Below are positions 59,501 through 64,000 of a stretch of DNA of 64,000 nucleotides, piece after piece; the stretch's first letter is position 1; the number at the start of each line of letters is the position of its first letter. This DNA is from Azolla caroliniana (Eukaryota > Plantae > Polypodiophyta): the NCBI GenBank assembly GCA_043228905.1, contig JBHGNT010000013.1, forward strand, positions 4,650,001 to 4,714,000. Reading direction: 5' to 3'. The notes under the pieces are model-generated. The model had not been told where the DNA came from and searched no databases. It worked only from the letters and a program-made list of their open reading frames with translations. Made by a program: the position numbers and the translations under genes.

Positions 59501-62410
59501 TTGCTTCCTAGGTTCACTTCGTCGAGCTGGGATGCTTTTACCCGTTGGGAAACGGCCATTTCCCGTTCCAACGCTTCCTGTGCTTGCTGTAATTCCCGAA
59601 TCACATCTTTGTCTGGTTCGGCTTCAATGTCGTCCCGCTGCGGCAAGTATGCGGCTACGGCTTCAGCTACGTCAATCTCGAAGAGTGGCACGATCTTCGG
59701 ATGTTCCTCCAAGTACTGGGCTTCTTCGTCGTCTGCCAACCCTTCAAGCATGTTCACGCATTCCGCATACAGCGGTGTGCATTCCTTACCGTTGCTCGTC
59801 CGTGGTTGTGTCGGTACCCGGACCTTGGCTTTTCCGCGCCGGAAGGTAATCATATTTTTTCGCCAATTTTGCTTGATGTGTGCTGTTTTCAACCATGGTC
59901 TGCCCAGCAGCAGTGGATACGCGCCTTGCGCCTGTAGCTGCAGCACTACAGCCGAGATGTGAAATGTGTGGCCTCCTATGGTGACTTCCAATTTCCGTAT
60001 TAAGCCCGTCGGCCGTACCGAGCTCGTATCCGCCATCCGTAGCCAGAACGGGCATGGCTCCCATTCATGTATACCCAAGGCATCACACGTACGGAGGCTT
60101 ATTACGTTCACCCCGGAACCTCCATCGATTACTGTGCCGGGAAGTTCGTGCCCTTTGACAATAGCTGTAATCACCGGACTGCTAGTGTCCACTACCGTCG
60201 GTCCCTCTTCCGGGTTCGAGAAGAGGACTGGTGCTGGTGGGGCTATGCCGTCTGTCATGCCCGTTTTTAGCCCTTCCGTAAATCGCGGCACGAGCTGCAA
60301 GAGTCTTCCTAACGGCAACGTGATCTGACATTCTTGCAGTGCTTGCCATGTCTCGTTTTCTGGGTGGCTACCGCCGGCACTCCCTATGGTATTTGCCTCT
60401 TGTCGTTCCGCGTCCGCGACGTTCTTTTCATTGGCTTCCTTCACCCATTCCGTCGCCTGCCTTCGTATGGCCTCTTGTGTTTCCCACTCTTTGGCCATGC
60501 CTTTCGACCGTGTGGTTACTTGCTGTACATCCGTCACTTCCGGAACCACCATATTAACTGCTGGTCGTTTCTCGTAGCTCTTTACCGGGCACTGGTTACT
60601 GTAGTGGCCTTCCTGCCTGCAGTAGTAGCAGTACTCTTTACGGGTATTGCTGGATTCAGCATTGCTGGTAGCCGGAGTTGGTCCCGTAGCGAGTGGTGCG
60701 TTCTGTGCCGGTTGGCTCCTTGGGATTCCATGTTCCGGGTCCCTAGGGTGACCACCTTTCTTGAAGTTACGTTTCTTATTATTCTTATGTTTATTTCGGT
60801 AGTCCGGCCGTGGTGGATCGTAACATCGGCCGTAGTCCTCCTGGTGCCTTCGGTAACCAGGGGAATGGTCTCTATCGTATTGCTCGTGTCGCCTGTTGGG
60901 CTCCCGATAACGGTCCGATCGCTCATACCGATCGTAGTTATCACGCCGATTCCCGTACCGGCCATCATTCTCTTGCCTGTCTCCGTACCGGACATCTTGT
61001 GCCGGTGGGTACCGGTTCCCTCTTTGCCAACGATCGTCATCTTCGTCTCGGCTGCTTCTTGGCTCGATCCGTCGGACGGGTGGTGCTTGTCGATTTAACA
61101 GGTTGTACTCGCACCGGTCCGTTGTATGACTCTTGGATTGACAAATCACACACTGAGTGCGCATGGTGCACTCTACTGCCGAGTGTCCGGCATTCAAGCA
61201 GATTGTGCATTGAATTGCCTGCCGGAACCGGAGATCTTCCTCGGTGGGTAACGCCCGTTGCAGTGTTCCCAGCGTAAGCCATGAGCTTGTCTTTTCCATT
61301 TCTCTGACCCGATCAATGACCTGATCGATGGTGCATCCTCGAAAGTCAATCACCGTACACACCGTGCGTAACGGTTCCCGGAGTGCGTTTAAAAATATCG
61401 TCCGTAATTCCTCCTCCGGGGGTGCACGGGCAAGCTGGCTATGCATTCGTTGGAAACGGATGACGAATTGGGGAATGCTTTCCCCTGCCTCCTGCCGGAT
61501 CGTATAAAACAGCCCCACCATTGTCGTCTGGTCGACCTCCTTGTGGAAAAAATGCAAGAATTTTGCTTTTAATTCTGCAAATGTTGTGATGGTCGCCGGG
61601 TCCTGCGACCGCCGCCATCGTGTCGCTGGTCCCTCCAACGTGACTCCGAATTCCGCTATCTTCGAGCGTTCTTCTTCCTCCGGTGTCATTCGCTGGGACG
61701 TGTGATTTGCTTCCCATGTCTGCTCGAAGTCATCCACATGCGCTTCCGCATCCGGATCATCGCGGTACTTTGAGTATTGGAACGGCATGTCGTCGTCCAG
61801 TATTAAGCCGCGGTTTAGTGGCGTTTGTTGATATTTTTCCGGTTCTTTCTCCGGTTCCACTTCCGGTTCTTTTGCCGGTCCTTCTTCCGGTTCTTTTTTC
61901 CGGCTCTTCTTCCGGTACCTTTGCCGGCCCTTTCGTTGGTGTTGGTGGCTTTGCTTGTTCCACTTCCGGTGTTGGTGGGTTGACGGCTTCCGTTTGCGGT
62001 TCCGGATAGCCCTGGTTGAGCGGTTCCGGTTCTGGAGTCGGCACGTTATCCGACCCGTCGTCTTCCGGGCCGCCGGGGGTATCGTTGCTGCTCCGGTAGT
62101 TCGTGTGCACGCTGTATCCCCCTTCGGAATCCGATTCGTAGGCTGAAAAGGCTTCTGCCTCGTTTTCTCCGCTTGCCAGCGCCTCCAGGAGTCGTTCGGT
62201 TTCCCGGAGACTACTTAGACTGCTTCCGTCGTCCTGGTCGCGAGTTTGCCGTAACCGGAGAGATTCCTCCGCGACTCTCCGGATCTCGTTGGAGAACGAA
62301 CGATCCGAGCGAATTTCCTGCGCTGCTTGCTGGAAAGTCTCACGCCGTCTTTGCCGTTCGGCGAGGCGTCGAGCTCGGTCTGTACCCAAGTCGTGCGTTG
62401 GTCTAGTCAT
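56545..62410 (-). CDS. Gypsy gag-pol polyprotein (~1950 aa; one frameshift at the A6 run 61894-61899)
   Basis: ORFs 61757-62410 and 56545-61860. Three CCHC knuckles, IDGGS protease, FLDD RT, DAS RNase H, HHCC/DDE integrase, VNGFRLKPY. Confidence 0.93.
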
Positions 62411-62461
62411 CCATTACCGTCGTTCGCTGCGAGAAAGCAGGAATCGTGGTCGCCAAAACTG

Positions 62462-62871
62462 TGTTATTCTCTTAGCCGGACAAGGCCTAACACAAGGTGT
62501 CACGGAGACACTTCACCAAAGGGTGATTACGGCATAGGATTAAGATTCAACGATTACACCGACTTACGTAGGTTACACGATTAGATTGCTTTGGTTAATT
62601 ACACGCGTAAGATATAACAGTAATTACAGAACGGAAATCAAGACAGAAATACAAACATCATAAGCTCTATTAATTATCCGCTGTCATTACAATGGGGTCC
62701 GGGCCTTTAAATAGGTTTCCGGCCCGTATTACAAAACGGTGTCTCTCGCACCTATTCGGGATCCGTCCGGATCTGGAACGGCATACCGTTTCCAGTCCGT
62801 CCGTCCACACTATGCTCATTTACAACCATCTAATTAATTCCGTATTTTGGACTCCTTGCCGGCCGGTAACA
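62462..62871 (-). repeat. 5' LTR of I
   Basis: Followed on minus by CAGTTT and the PBS. Confidence 0.96.
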
Positions 62872-63229
62872 TCTATGACACATAACTGATGAGCTTTCAC
62901 ATTCCCCATGACCCATGAGCTTCAGTAGTTAATGAAGAGAGAGAGTGACTATATAAAGCACTCTCCTCCTACTTTGTAATAAGTTCGGTTAATCTCCTTT
63001 GTAATATACATTTTGTCTTGAGTATTCCATTCTTGTTCAAATCTATCTATCTTGTGTTTCTCTCTCTCATACACACACACTCACAACACATATCTCTAGT
63101 CTATTCCGTTGCACAGGAATCACCATCGATTCTTTACAAGGGTCAATCATGCTCCCTAAATTGGTGTGGTTGTCAGCTACAATCATCATGTTGAATCATG
63201 TCTTGTCTTAGCTCTACTTTCCGAAGAGA

Positions 63230-63575
63230 CACAGTTACCTTGTTTAACAAATTATATTCACATTGCTCTAAAGTGTGGGCCTTTGACTGACAAATTAGGC
63301 CAGTGTGTCCACATAGTGCATTCAATGGCTAAATGGCTTGTATTAAGAAAGGTTATACATTGTATAGCTTGTAGAAATCAAAGCTCCTCACCTTTCGGCA
63401 AGGCTTTCTATAATGTTACCATTGACATTCTGATGTTGTTTTGACCTCGTTCCATATCTAGGACCCGATCAATTACCTGTTCCAGTGTGTCATCTTTGAA
63501 ATTTAAAACTGCCAGCATCATTCTTAGTGGCTCGCGTAGTGCTTGTTGGAGCGAAAGCAATGGAGGCGGACGAGC
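63230..63575 (-). pseudogene. Old gag relic related to the E/I family
   Basis: ALREPLR...TLEQVIDRVLDMER resembles ALREPLRTV...IDQVIDRVREMEK of I. Confidence 0.7.
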
Positions 63576-63578
63576 TGT

Positions 63579-64000
63579 TGTTTTACCTATAGAGAAATGT
63601 CGAACAGCACACATAGATAACAACACAGAAAAAGAGAAAAATACAAACACAACTTTTTGGAGGCACACCAAAACCCTCGTTTCTATTTACTTTTATACCT
63701 ATGCACTAATAGTAAGAAATTATGTTTTTGGCCTTTTCTCACTATCAATCTCCCACTAAAGGACAAACAAGGGATCAACAAAGCTGATGGGAAGATTGAA
63801 CAAGACCTACACATCCTACTTGATGAGTATGTTACACAATATACAAAAACAATGTGTAACCTCATGACCTAAGTAATTCCCATCAAGTGGCAGCAATGCT
63901 CTAGTGCTTCATGTGGTAGAGCTTTGGTTAATGCATTTGCGGCATTTTCTTGAGAGACAACTTTCTCAAGACTGATGTAGCCAGCAGTTATGCATTCTCG
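63579..64000 (-). mobile_element. 3' end of another Copia (RNase H C-terminus, PPT, short LTR)
   Basis: 63869-64000 on minus reads RECITAGYISLEKVVSQENAANALTKAL...MGIT*. AGTGGGAGAT precedes a TG...CA segment at 63579-63747. Confidence 0.7.

Larger units (their letters stand above)
53038..62871 (-). mobile_element. Near-intact Athila-like Gypsy I with extra 3' ORF
   Basis: 410-bp LTRs 53038-53447 and 62462-62871 with 1 difference seen. TSD TCTAT. PBS TGGCGACCAC at 62446-62455 on minus. No additional RNase H and no chromodomain. Confidence 0.97.
48888..63138 (+). mobile_element. Copia D (A-family; 5'-truncated, internally deleted; 3' LTR split by element I)
   Basis: Gag/PR/INT/RT/RH fragments 48888-52830. 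PPT 52901-52915. LTR 52916-53037 plus 62877-63138 (TGTTGAGAATC...CTTTACA). Confidence 0.9.

Noticed and set aside
53884-61277. Plus-strand ORFs antisense to element I
   Set aside because: Shadow frames of GC-rich coding sequence with no recognisable motifs.

Overview
Eukaryotic land-plant genomic DNA. A non-seed lineage is likely, inferred from a Tcn1-like chromovirus and a Trp-primed Gypsy. About 90% of the window is nested LTR retrotransposons around one host gene, an 8-exon purple acid phosphatase (13183-15835, minus) with P1BS motifs upstream. I resolved three copies of one Copia family (A, C, D), Tnt1/Tork-like Copia elements (B, an intact copy G at 20875-26360, and solo or partial LTRs), a decayed chromovirus (F), four TGTCG...CGACA LTRs at 4-bp CG-centred target sites, and two copies of an Athila-like Gypsy with a large extra 3' ORF (decayed E at 30105-40942, near-intact I at 53038-62871). 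The most striking observation is that both Athila-like copies lack a polypurine tract. In its place, 2 nt from the 3' LTR, they carry a copy of a tRNA-Arg 3' end including CCA, which is an inverted second PBS and suggests tRNA-primed plus-strand synthesis. Pol III A/B-box pairs at tRNA spacing also recur in several unrelated LTRs and in a tandem array. All calls were made by eye, and tRNA assignments rely on recalled plant tRNA sequences that need confirmation.
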